Under the pieces are notes generated by a model, which worked only from the letters and a program-made list of their open reading frames with translations, did no database searches and had not been told where the DNA came from. A stretch of 62,969 bases of DNA, filler included, from Choristocarpus tenellus KU-1152 (lineage: Eukaryota > Protista > Phaeophyceae): assembly GCA_964200185.2 (NCBI GenBank). It is 9 parts of 9 records of this genome, joined end to end, with 100 filler letters (N's around TTAATTAATTAA, not from the genome) between each part and the next. Parts side by side here need not be neighbours in the genome. Positions count along the whole stretch, not along the records: positions 20,944 to 27,828 come from CAXNAD020007142.1; positions 27,929 to 30,634 come from CAXNAD020025462.1; positions 30,735 to 46,126 come from CAXNAD020001007.1; 6 more parts are not named here. One strand, written 5' to 3'. The translations under genes and the position numbers were made by a program. Positions 27,089 through 39,033 of this stretch are shown piece after piece. Position 1 is the stretch's first letter; every line of letters starts with the position of its first letter.

Positions 27089-27556
27089 GTTTTCTAGGGG
27101 TCTTGTTCTTCATTTTTGGGTACATAGATTACTATAGGGAATAGGCCATGCAACTGTACGTCTCCATAACATCTTTTTGTGGCTGGTTCTAGCAACTCCA
27201 TAAGTTGAATCGAGCGCTTTGATACAACTGTTGAGCTGATTACGTGGGAAAGTAACTATCTCCTGTGTTGATCATGGAATATCCTTCTTCAAGGAAAGTT
27301 TCAACAGTGGTACAATATCAGGCACACTCAGTGGTCTACTCGTTTTCTAGGAGTCTTGTTCTTCATTTTTGGGTACATAGAATACAATAGGGAGTAAGTC
27401 ATGCAATCATATATCTCAATAACATCTTTTTGTTGCTGATTCTAGCAACTTGATGTGTTGAATTGAGTGGTTTGATACAACTGTTGAGCTGATTGTGTGT
27501 GGAAACGCCTATCTCCTGTGTTGATCACGGACTATCCTTCTTCAAATAATGTTTCA
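27089..27556. repeat. Diverged tandem duplication, period about 253 bp
   Basis: GTTTTCTAGG.GTCTTGTTCTTCATTTTTGGGTACATAGA at 27089 and 27342, colinear throughout. Confidence 0.88.
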
Positions 27557-27819
27557 GAGTGAAAGTATATTAGAGGGTACGAGTTTTGCTCTGTTTGTCC
27601 ATTTGGTCCTTGGCTTCACATGTTTTTTGTTTTTTTTACATTTTACCTACTCCGAAATGTTTAGGAGTAGGTAAAATGTATACCTTATGAACAGGTGTGT
27701 CCGCAACAAGCATATTGACACTTCCTAACGAACAGGATAGCCAAAATTACGTCAAAATCGCAACATTGGATTTTGGCCCCCAAATGGACGCGGCCCTACC
27801 CTCTAAGATACTTTGGCTC
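27557..27819 (+). mobile_element. MITE family 1, full copy
   Basis: GAGTGAAAGTATATTAGAGGGTA ... TACCCTCTAAGATACTTTGGCTC; right TSD degenerate. Confidence 0.88.
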
Positions 27820-27928
27820 CCAATAGTGNNNNNNNNNNNNNNNNNNNNNNNNNNNNNNNNNNNNNNNNNNNNTTAATTAATTAANNNNNNNNNNNNNNNN
27901 NNNNNNNNNNNNNNNNNNNNNNNNNNNN

Positions 27929-30634
27929 CCCTAACACCTAACCCAGGATCACCCTCTGCCCCTGCCCCTGCCCCTCCCTCCCCCTGCAACCCTCCATTTA
28001 CTCCCCTTGTCACCTCCCCACATACAATTTTCCGAGAAACACCTACAATAAGTTCAGAAATCGAGGACCTTTCCAACCCCGGTACTCCTGTCCGAGTCGT
28101 CGCTCGTGCCTCCAACTCCCGCAATGCCTCGCACGCCTTCCTAATACCGTCTAACCCCAACGACAACCCATGATCCTCCCCCTCATCAACATTCACATGT
28201 CCTCTACACCCAGTTGAAGTCAGAGTGGGAGACCAGGACCGGGGGTGGGGGAAACTGCTCGACAAGAAAAAAAGACAGGTTTGGCAGGAGACTGATGCAG
28301 TCTCGGCCAAGGCGATGTGTTGACGTAGTCGACGCTCTCTGTGACTATGGTGGGGGGACTCCTTTCGAGGTATGGTAGCATGGAAGCGATCCTGACAAGG
28401 TACAGGCAAAAGGGTCATGAGAAGTGAGGAGGAGGGAGGGCTGTGGGGGTCGGCGTTGGGGGCCCAATTGAGTAGCTTTTGTCTCTTTTATAGTGTCCCT
28501 TGACGACAACGAGTTGGAGCGCCTTCCATGGCAGTTCCCACTGTTTTAAGTCTTACACCACCGAGCACAAGGTATGGTATCAGGTAATTAAGGACCAACT
28601 CCAACAATCCTCCAGAATGCATCTCTCTCTCCCTCTCTTATGTATAACATTGAGACGCTAACTTGATGCATTTAAATGTAGGGTTGGTACTATGTTACCT
28701 GACTCCAAAGTTGCTATGAAAAGCTATGAATGAACGGGGGATGGGGGATGGGGGTTGGTGTAGGGGTGGGGGGCACAACTGGACCATTCCTTTCTCGCAC
28801 TTTTGAAGCAGAGTGTGTTTGGTGTATGTAGTATCTACTTCATACTGTAGAATGACACCAGCCTCATACAATCGACATTTTCTAATGATGGGAAGCGTAT
28901 TTTGCTTCAACGCAGTCAACTCAATAGCATATATGAAGGACATGTATGAAGGACATGCCACGAAACATTCTTCAACAACCACTATCAGCATAACACAACA
29001 CAACACAACACAAACCGGAGTACATCATAACAAGAATAAAAAACACACATGTCACAAAAAAGTAATCACAAAACCTTATCTCTTCCGATATCTCAATCAA
29101 AACACATGGTGATGTCAACACCAAAACTTCAAAAGACTACAAACCATAACCGGGCACCTATATCTAGGGTTAGGGTTAGCCCAACAACATAAGTATACAC
29201 TGACTGGCTCAAGCCCCAAAACCTCTGTGAACCATACCAAGAGTCACTCCCCAAGGTTTCATCACAGGCCCTGACACCACCAATGAAATGAACACTCTAG
29301 ATCTCACTGTGTCGTGTACCCACCACAGGAGGAACCAGCTCCATCTACAAAATGTGTTGTGCTACGGCGATGAGTTATCCACCTCCCCCAGCCCTAACCC
29401 TAACCCTAACATCAACCCGACAGTTACAAGGTCAGGTGCAATGGCAAGGGGGAAGAAATCAATCCTATCTCTGTCTAGGGGGGTGGTGGGTAAGACAGAC
29501 CAGGAAGGCAAGCCTGCACATTTCCTGCAGAAGATCATGAGTGCACTCCACAACATAGTGCCAAGCATTGCTCGCAAAAAAAGTATGGTGTAAAAAAATA
29601 AGAAAATTTGAAAATAAGAAAGATATGTAGGTGCCTCAAGCTACTGGTCACACGTCTTGTCGTCTCACTATGACATGACATGACTATGTAGATACTGGAC
29701 CATATTGAAAGAGACACAACTAGACACAGGACAAATTTCATCCTGGTATAGCGAAAATAACCATTGGATTACATAGGTTCCAATCAGGCAGTCAATCTAC
29801 TTCATGCTGCAAGCACAAAACCAAGTGCAGAGTACCAACTCCCAAAACCCCCCCGAAGGAAATAGGTAGACCACCCACACCATACGCCTCTTTGAATACA
29901 AACCCAAACCATGCTCTTTCTCCAAAACGCGTTTCATTCCACTATCATACTACCGTAGGAAGATTCAAGTCGCTAACCCTAACCCTAACACCGAGGGGAG
30001 GAGCAAGGTGAGATGTTGCAGGGAGTAACACACAAAAAAAAAAAACGTATCGATACAACTCACTACACCCCTGTACCTTTTTTGACGCACAATTCTCATT
30101 ATACTCCTGTCAAAAAAAAGAGTTGACCCTCTGTACGTGCTCCTCGTCCCTTGAACTTGAGGGGTGGAAGCGGGCTTCTGGAAGAGGTACAACCTTGAGA
30201 GGCTCCGATCAAAGCATGACTGGGTATATACCTGACACTGCCATCAATACAACCCTTACTGTGATACCGACTGACCCACACTGTGATACCAACTGACCCA
30301 CACTGTGATACCGACTGACCCACACTGTGATACTGACTGACCCACACTGTGATACCGACTGACCCACACTGCGATACCGACAGGACCGTTTATACACATG
30401 GAAGGCGTAGCGGTCTCGTGTGTTTCTCGGGCAAATCAGCAGGCCCCGTCGCGTCTTGAACCCTTGTTCCACAACCCCCCATTACAGTAGTTCTACATAC
30501 TATGTAATGTAATACTCCAGCACCCCTCAACTCTTCTCATGAGCAGCATGCGCAAAATGAACACCATCCCTTACCAGAAGCGCCATCAGCATGAGCCCTG
30601 CATGAGTAGCCCTTGCCTGTAGTGAAGACAGCAG
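27929..30634 (-). CDS. Internal part of a multi-exon gene of unknown function
   Basis: Open exon-like stretch from about 28541 to the linker (about 200 codons, includes ORF 28418); exon with GTAAGG donor near 30574; both ends cut by linkers. Confidence 0.35.
30259..30381 (+). repeat. 22-bp minisatellite, about 5.6 copies
   Basis: Unit CTGTGATACCGACTGACCCACA at 30259, 30281, 30303, 30325, 30347 and a partial unit at 30369. Confidence 0.95.
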
Positions 30635-30734
30635 NNNNNNNNNNNNNNNNNNNNNNNNNNNNNNNNNNNNNNNNNNNNTTAATTAATTAANNNNNNNNNN
30701 NNNNNNNNNNNNNNNNNNNNNNNNNNNNNNNNNN

Positions 30735-31050
30735 AAGCTCGTGTCCCAGAGCTCTCTATCACCTCCGCCATGTGAGCTCGAATGAAATCATCTGTTCCTA
30801 CTGGAGCCCCTAGAGTGACAAAACCACTGGGGTTCGGGGCTAGGTTGATTCCTGTCGTGGATAGGAGCTCTAGTTCCGAGGGCATGGGTTGGTGGCCCTG
30901 GGGAGGTGCGGCAAATGTCTTGTCCATATTGAGGGTGATGCCTACCTCCTGGAGATTCGTTTTTAACTGCTCGAAAGCAGCTATGGCAATAGGGTTGATC
31001 CCCCTTGCCGAAATGGATGTGTCGTCCAAATATTTATCCATTGTTTTCAT
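30735..31050 (-). mobile_element. RLE-type (CRE-like) non-LTR retrotransposon reverse transcriptase fragment
   Basis: YLDD catalytic motif followed by LQEVGITLNMDKT, PPQGH.P and VTLGAPVGTDDFI. Confidence 0.85.
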
Positions 31051-31783
31051 TGGTTTCCCCCCTGAGACATCTGCAAAATGTCAGAGGGCATAATAATAAA
31101 ATATAATATATGTAGCTTACTTTTAATCTTCAATTTTTTGTTAGAGGGAATCTATTTTTTCTTTGTTTCATTATTTGCCTTTATCTAATAGAGGTATAGA
31201 AAAAAGTAATTAATGTAATGAATTGATTGATCAATCAATTTTTTAGATTATTTTGCCCTCTACATTTTCCACACGTCAATAAAAAACAAACCATTATCAC
31301 AAGGATTGGTGCAAAAAGTAACAGTAATCGTTGATGTCAAATCTCTCCAAAATCCATCCAGATGTGAAGAAATATTATTTTAGTACAATATATATGGATG
31401 TAATATTATATCATACAGTGATGATCATTATATTGGAAGTATGCTAATTTGGTAAATAGTAACATAGTAACATATTGATATGGGGATGACTTGGATCTGG
31501 AAATATAGGATGGAGGATTGGAGGATTGACTTGAACTCACGGACAAACTTTGTTTCAATATTCTTTCCCATTAACTTACATAGACAGTATACATGCAATT
31601 TTCATACGCGCAATTGGACAAAACGAACAGCTATACATACGTAACTATTTATCCCTTGCAATTTTCGCATAGCCCAACACTCCTCTGTACACTCCTGAGT
31701 CTGTGTAGAGTACAGTTTTCAGCCCATCTTATCTACCATCGATAGTAGTGGTTGCAATCGTCTGGAGCTTTCGGTGTATCAAG

Positions 31784-34700
31784 ATGTGTCAGCTGATGGG
31801 CATGCAGGTTGGGCAGGCTTTCCATTTCTTTGGAGAGGATGTGGGCTCACTTCTTTCCATGCCAACGACTGTAGTTAATATAGGTGTCAATATACACTAG
31901 TACTACATTTGACGAAGTCGTCCTGACCCTATCTCTCTGCACTTTTCCCTCTTCCCTTCGTCATTCGACAGGCCAATAACCCAACTGGTAAGTGCCACTC
32001 GAATGACTTGTCTTTGAATGCAGTAGGCAGCGTGAATGACCTGATTACGTGTACTCAAGGCTTGCACAGATCCATCGACCATTCCATTTTACCTTTCCAC
32101 TTGTTAAAGAAAATCATTAGTTAACTTGCCTGGGTCACCAATACCTCTTTTTGGCACGTGTCTTTGCTAGATCAGTCTGTTGAAGAACATCGCCCCAAAA
32201 CACTCAGCACTCGATGGCCCCACCCCACAATTCCATACCGTTCCCAATCAAGATTTTTGCTTCTACTTTCGAGGGTTCAAAGAAAGAGGAGGTCGCACGG
32301 ACAAGCATATCGACGGTTGGGGTGTTGGTTTTTTCGAGGGCCGGGGCTGCCGGTGCTTCATCGATCTCTTGCCCAGTTGCCAGAGTCCTATCGCCTCCCT
32401 CATATGCAGTTATCCCATCAAGACGCAGACTGTTATTGCACACGTACGACTCGCCACACAGGGAAGAGTACAGCTTGAAAACGTGCACCCTTTTACTCGG
32501 GAGTTGTGGGGACGGTGAGTTCATATAGATATGTTAGGTCAGGTACTTCTGGAAACCTACTGCTGCTGAGAACCTGGCGAGTCCGTATGCACCGGCCTGT
32601 TCTCTGACTGAGGAGATCCAACCTGCACCTGCGCTTTGTTATCTCCAAAGCTCACGCAATAGCTCTTTCCTGTCCAATCTTCTGCGATGCCTTCGTAGTT
32701 CATGCTCTTGACACACTCCCACTTGCACACATACACTTACTTATCACGTTGCTGGCGTCAGTTTTCTGTTTCTATGGGATGCCTCAAAACCTTTGATACA
32801 TCCGACCCCCACCGTCTGTGCGGGGATGTCAGTTACTGGATCTTTGCGCACAATGGGGACGTGCCACATCTGCCAGACTTGCAGAAGAGGAAGGAACTTC
32901 CCACTTCCAGCAATTCCTTGGGGAAAGGCAGAAGGGAAAGGTACAACCCTGTGGGAGACACGGACAGCGAGGCGACCTTTTGCTACTTTCTCAACCACCT
33001 TCTGAAGGCATTTCCAGAGGGTAAGAACAATCTTCCAGGGGTGCACGGGGTCAGGAGGCTGGTGCATTAAGGCGTTGGTCATTGTAATATGAGGCAAGCA
33101 AGCGATATTACTGTCACTCCAGGTTGTCTTGTCAATTTGAAGTATGACCACAATGGCTTCAGTGAATCAGAGTAAGACTTGACAATGTTCATGAAGAGAA
33201 ATGAAACTGCATAAAACTGATTGAGGATGCATGGTTCGTGCCCTGCTATGGCCTCTGCCTACACCAACAGGATTTTCCTGGATGACCCCTAACTTGTTTG
33301 TGAACGCCCATAATATATGCTAAGAGTGCGTTCTAGATGTCTGCATCTACCAAAGCAAACGAGGGATTACTTTGGTTCTGTTGAAACCCTTCCATGCCTT
33401 GTTTTTGTTTTTGTGTGGTAAACTACAGGTCCGCCAAGCATGGTGGATGTCTATACTCTGCTCAAGGCCCTTTGGGAAGGGTTGTGCAATGGCGAAGGGA
33501 CGATTTTTAACTTTCTCATGGGACAAGGTGGGGATACTCTCTTTGCAGGTAAGGGACGAGATGGGTGGGTGGGTGGATCTTTCGATTATTTTATGCGATG
33601 GAATGGTTGAGACGGTGAATGGGTGGAGGCGTGTGTGTGTTGGTGAGTTAGGGGGGAAGTATAATGTTGCTTACATGTGAGAGGAGTGGATGGATGACCT
33701 AAGGGCTGTGGAATTTTTGTATTGTTTAATTTATTTAAATATAGTTCAACGATGTTTCGTTTGAATGAGGGATGGATAGGGGACTGTACCCGTGATATTT
33801 TGAACAACAAATTGAACTCAAAACTCCACATCCACCACATACATATCGACCCCCATGGTTTTCTGTGCATACATTTATGTGGAGACATTACTAGTGGGCG
33901 TGAGTCTCCAGCGTGTCCTTTCATTCCCACTGGTTGACTTGCTGTCTTTCAGGTAGTGTTGTGAATTAGGTTGAATGAATTCTGAGATTTGATGAAGTCT
34001 CTATTAATTGGAACTAATAGAGGGGTGATTTTCACTTTTTTTGCAGGCGTGAATGAGTGCACTATGCGTGCATCACCTGCGAAGCTTGGTTATTCATATG
34101 CTATTCTTGTCATACTTACACATTTTGATTATATTTGAGTGCACAAAGTTCTTCTAGTCGATTAATATAAATGCCTCCTATTCACAACACTACTTTCAAC
34201 ATCTTTTGATGGGGGGATATGCTCAAGGATGGGTGATCGATTTGAATTTTGTTAGAACTTGATCAATCATAGCAAAAAAGATGAAGATCTCCTGCTGGGA
34301 GGATTTGGCAAGGATACTTTTTTTTCTTTTCAATTTTTTTTTTTTCAGAAAGGTCCTGAAACCCCTCCCATAAAAATCTTATCGTTCATCAGTAGGAGCG
34401 CAAGCAGAGTGAGTTATGTGTCTTAGGTTCAATGGTGTAACTGTATCAATCTGCAAGCATGTAGAGACAAGATTATTATTTTCAAAAGTGGTTGTCTTTG
34501 TAGTGATGTGTTGTATGGGTGTGCTGTCAATAAACAGACTCCAACACCTTGATTTACTCCTTACACATGCTTCACGGTGTTGATGCTAGCCAGGTGTTGT
34601 GCCATGTTCAGTGCAGTAGTGCGGTAAGAATATCTCAATGTGTATCTGGCCTAACAACAGGGTTAAGGTGACGCTTAAGTGGTCCTTTCTGGTGACCACA

Positions 34701-37332
34701 GCTTTTGTTGAGGTGGGGACAGTGGGACTCCATAACTTGTGTATTGTTGTAAAAGTGACACTGCGCTGTGTACCTATCCTGAACCCTGGTTTTGTGAAAA
34801 TAGCCTCAAGTGTAGGTTGCATCAGGCTCTACTTGTAGTTCTAGCACCCAAGGGTGCAAAGTGTGGAAAGTAGCAAAGGCAGACATGATAGGGAATTGGG
34901 AGACCTGACTTGCGAGAGGTATATCGTTGGGGTGGGTGTTGAGAAGCTAGGATGTGTAGCGGGTTCTGTGCCTTGCATGTGATCCTCTATGTGGTCTTCC
35001 CTAGGCTCCACATCATGCACTCCACACGTGTGAAGTTACGGTGGATGGAGATTGCAGGAGCGGCTGCAACGAAAGGGGTTTCTTCTTCAACTCAACCAGC
35101 TGAAGCCTCAGCACAGCAGCAGAGTTGAGAGACGCGTCCCCGAAGACTCGCAAACTATTTTCACCGTTGCAGATAGGAGTCACCCTGTTCAAATACTCTC
35201 CTTGGAAATTATTGCCCGAGACCTGGCACTAAGCCGGGTCGGATGCAATGTGAGCCAGCCGCCGTGGTGCGTGAGTGCATTGTACTAATCTCGGACAGAA
35301 GGCGAATAGCAAGACAGGTAACGCGTTGGCAACCTCCCTTACATGTCCACTACTGGTCAATCAATTGCTCCAGTGTTGTGCTTTTATCCGACCATTGTCC
35401 CCTGCACCCTCATGGCACTGATGAAGGACTGATGAAGGCACCACTTTTTTCATGGATGTACCACTAGCGCTGCAGGGGATGTAACGCAGGTGCCGATTGG
35501 CTGAGGTAGTAACTCACCCAATCAGTGGCAACGCGACACTTGAGCCAAAGTATCTTAGAGGGAAAGGCCGTGTCCATTTGGGGGCCAACATTCAATGTTG
35601 CGATTTTGATGTGATTTTGGCTATCGTGTTTGTTAGGAAGTGTCAATGTCCTTGTTCCGGCCAACCTTTTCATAATATGTATACATTTTACCTACTCCTA
35701 AACATTTTGGAGTAGGAAAATGTCATAATAAAAAACATGGGAAGCCAAGCCCCAAATGGACAAACAGCGAAAAACTCGTACCCTCTAAGATACTTTCACT
35801 CACTTCCCTTTGCTGGAGTGCCTCAACTCTCTTACCTTATCCCATCTGTGCTGTTCTCGTTACCGCGTCTACCATTGCCAACTCTCTTGTTTGCAGGATG
35901 TTGGCCAGGATCAAGACCGGGTTCATCAGTGTGGAACAGCCTTTACTACACTGTGAGGGAGTTCCCCTTTTCCACATGCCGTCTTGTGGACGAAGATTAC
36001 GAAGTAGATTTCACCACCGTGACAACTCCGAAGGTGAGCATTGCCACCCCAAGAACTGTTCTCGTTTGTGTATGTAGATGTGGCTGGTAGGTACTGCAAG
36101 GGCTTTAGCAGGGGATGCTTACTTTTCTGTCTGTATGCCTTCCAGATGCTTATCAAGTGTAACCTGTGACGAGAGTGTTAGTGGTAGAGTTTGTCGATGT
36201 TTCCTGCAGCGTCGATGGTACGCTGTACTTGAGTAGTTGTCACCTAATTAGTAGCAAATATGTGCAAGAGAACAACCCATCGTAGGGTGAACGATCCATA
36301 CATTTTTCTGAGCATAGCCTGCCTTGCCCTGCACTCATCTCCAAGCACTTCCCCATACCCGATACGGTACTATGGCAGGACCGGGTTGCTGTGATCGCAA
36401 GTGGTCCCTTGACAACAAATGAGGTAAGCCAGGTAGATAACAAGAGGGTGTTGTGCTAATTCGACACAAAAGAAGACCTGGGGTATGGAGTTCAAGTTCA
36501 TGCCAACATGTACCGTGGATTGCCTTTTGCTGCTATTGTTACACTGTAGCACGGTGTCAAGCACACATTGTACTGCAAACCTGAACAGTTGTCATTGGGG
36601 TTTTCTTGCACTGTTTAGCAAGCACTTCAATTTTGCTAAGTCTCTGGAAAATCTTCTTCTCTGTCTGGTAGCCCTAAGCCCGTGCTCCTTCCTTGTTAGA
36701 CCTTGCTGACCACTTTAGTGGTTGTCATCATGTGCAGTCAAAACTATTTTTTTGTCGCAAGATTCGAAGAGAGTGTTGGGTGTGTCCATGCCGTGGCACT
36801 CTATGTGTTGGGGTTCACCTGACAGGACAGGAGAGGACACACCAAGAAAATTGAAACTGAATTGCCTAGTCTTCCCAGTAGAAAGGATAATACCCTTAAT
36901 TAAGTCTGAACTCACCACAAAGCAAACATTTCTGCTGTACCTGCTAGAGATCTAGTAGCTAGGCTGGTTGAAAAGGTTTTGATGTTGGGGTGAGCAGTGG
37001 TGATCACATCTTTGTCAGTTTCATTTGCTCTACCTCAGTTAACAAATGAGAAGGCAAATTTTTCCTGGAAGTGTAATCTGTAGTTGCTATGGTGTTCCAC
37101 CTGCACTCATACCCAGCACAGTTTTTGAGATGTAGCATCAAATCAAGTGACTGAACAGCTTCTATATAAAAAAAAACAGGTCTGGACAGAGATGGCCAAG
37201 GGAGATCTCTATGTGTTCAGTGGCGGCCAGGCATATATCAATGCAGATGAATATCGATACCATTTGGAGAGGAGGAACCATGAAAATGAACACTCCAGTC
37301 CACCCCCAGCATGTTTGCCAGAATTGGAATGA
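31784..37332 (+). CDS. yafJ: Class II glutamine amidotransferase, YafJ/DUG3/EgtC-like (Ntn hydrolase)
   Basis: Exons 31784-31807, 31972-31987, 32253-32514, 32833-33020, 33429-33548, 35897-36033, 36379-36423, 37180-37332 give MCQLMGMQANNPTDFCF.FRGF..RGGRTDKH.DGWG..IAHVRLATQG..ENVHPF.RELWGRYWIFAHNG..VGDTDSE..DRVAVIAS.PLTTNE.W, with Cys2 as nucleophile. Confidence 0.93.
35050..35470 (-). mobile_element. Highly decayed Copia-like remnant in intron 5
   Basis: Peptides RLSARSRAII and EYLNRVTP...LRVFG resemble post-integrase Copia motifs. Confidence 0.3.
35542..35801 (-). mobile_element. MITE family 1, full copy, intronic
   Basis: GAGCCAAAGTATCTTAGAGGG ... CCCTCTAAGATACTTTCACTC; TSD ACTT. Confidence 0.9.
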
Positions 37333-39033
37333 GCAGTGAAGTGGACTGTGTGGGATCAGAATTCTAACCTGAAGAGGAGGAGGGACTTGTGTTGCCTTGC
37401 CTCTATCTCTTTGTTGGTTATTGTTCTAGTATTTGATAACTGGTATACCCTTTTGTGTTGTATTTTATTGGGGTTGTGTTACCTTGCCTGTATCTCTGTG
37501 TTGCTAATTGTTCTCACGCTTGATGACTGGTATCTACATTATATTATGTATTTTTTGTAGAATGCATCCATGGGTTGACCACCCGGTTGTGTTGAAACTA
37601 TCCACAAATAATGAGTATATATAAATGGGAAGTGTTGCTGGAGTTTTTAAAGTTGGAGGTGACTAGTGTTGAGGATTTTAGCCCCAGATCAAGATTTAGA
37701 CATTAGGCTTTCTGAGGAGGAGGTTTTGCTCACTTGTAACAAGGAGTATTGTGAGGTAGGGTTACAAATGTGCATTACAGGTTCTTTGTGTCAGTATCAA
37801 ATTGAAGAAGAGAGTTCAGTGGCAAGTGATGCATGTCAGAGTGGTGTTTGACTCAGCATGGTTTTGGTGATTCAGTATTATTGTGGTGTACTCCTTTCTG
37901 TACTCCAAGAGTGCATCCCATGTAACTGGATGACTATACATTTAGGGTGTTTTATAGAGACAGATGGCCTGCATACCAGTATGAGCACATTTTGTGTCTG
38001 CAAGAAGTACATGCTGTTGAGTAGGTTCAGTGCAGCATCAGGTTATCTACCAATTTTTGTCAAGCACATAGTGGTTAAAAGAGCTTTGCAAAAACATATT
38101 TTTTTTAGTCTTTTGCGTTTGGCTTTAGTGTGGTTGATACATACATGTAAGGGCGAGTCATGGGGGTTCATTGTGCTTTCAGGGCAAAGGTAATGCTGGC
38201 TTCTAGCAGCCATGAGCAAATTAGTCGTATTCAAAACCTGGTCAAAGTAGGTGAGATGTTACATCTCTAAGCAAGTGTAGAGAATGGAATGTGAATTGGT
38301 GAACATGTCTCCTTTGAGCAGAGATTTCCACCTTACTAGTTCTGGGATTGAGTGGGATGGGAAACAGGACTGGATTGAGGTACAGGAGGAGGAATATTGC
38401 GATATTGATGTTGATCATCAAGGTCCAAGGTTTGTATGCTACTGTGGCATAGAGGCGTTGTACCATGACTATCGATAGATGCGTTGTGTTGTAGTTGAAG
38501 TGCTTTTGCTTTGGCTGCAAGTTATTTGTTTCTTATATTATCTTAGAAGCGTGTTTTATGTTATTGAAATGATATGAGAGAGGGACGTAAGATACTGTCC
38601 CCAACAACTTGATCAGAGTATCATATGCTTTGCCTGGCTGGGGCTGGGACCTAGGGAGAAACAAAGTGTATTGTGATTTGCTTATGACACAAAACATGAT
38701 TTATTAATGGTTGTTTACACTGAATGATGACTTCTGTCAAAGTTGAGTAACCTGTCCCAACAGGATGCATTTTCTTGCCTTGGGAGTTGTCTCCTTTTCA
38801 TTCAAGACTTGATGTGACATCAGCAATGACTTGAATCATTGTACAAAAGAAAACATTTTCTGCTGCTATCAGGGTATCTGCGTTAACAGCTTGGTGTTAC
38901 GCCTTCAAGTGCCTGGAGAAATTAGCACTGTCCTGATCCGAAATCGGAGCAAGCATGGTGCTGCACCTGATAACCCAGTGAGTCATGTGACCCAACCCCC
39001 TCAAAAATGATTTTTATTGCTTTCCAGATTTTA

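Noticed and set aside
30259-30381. CRISPR-like array
   Set aside because: Head-to-tail 22-bp units with no unique spacers, no cas genes, eukaryotic context
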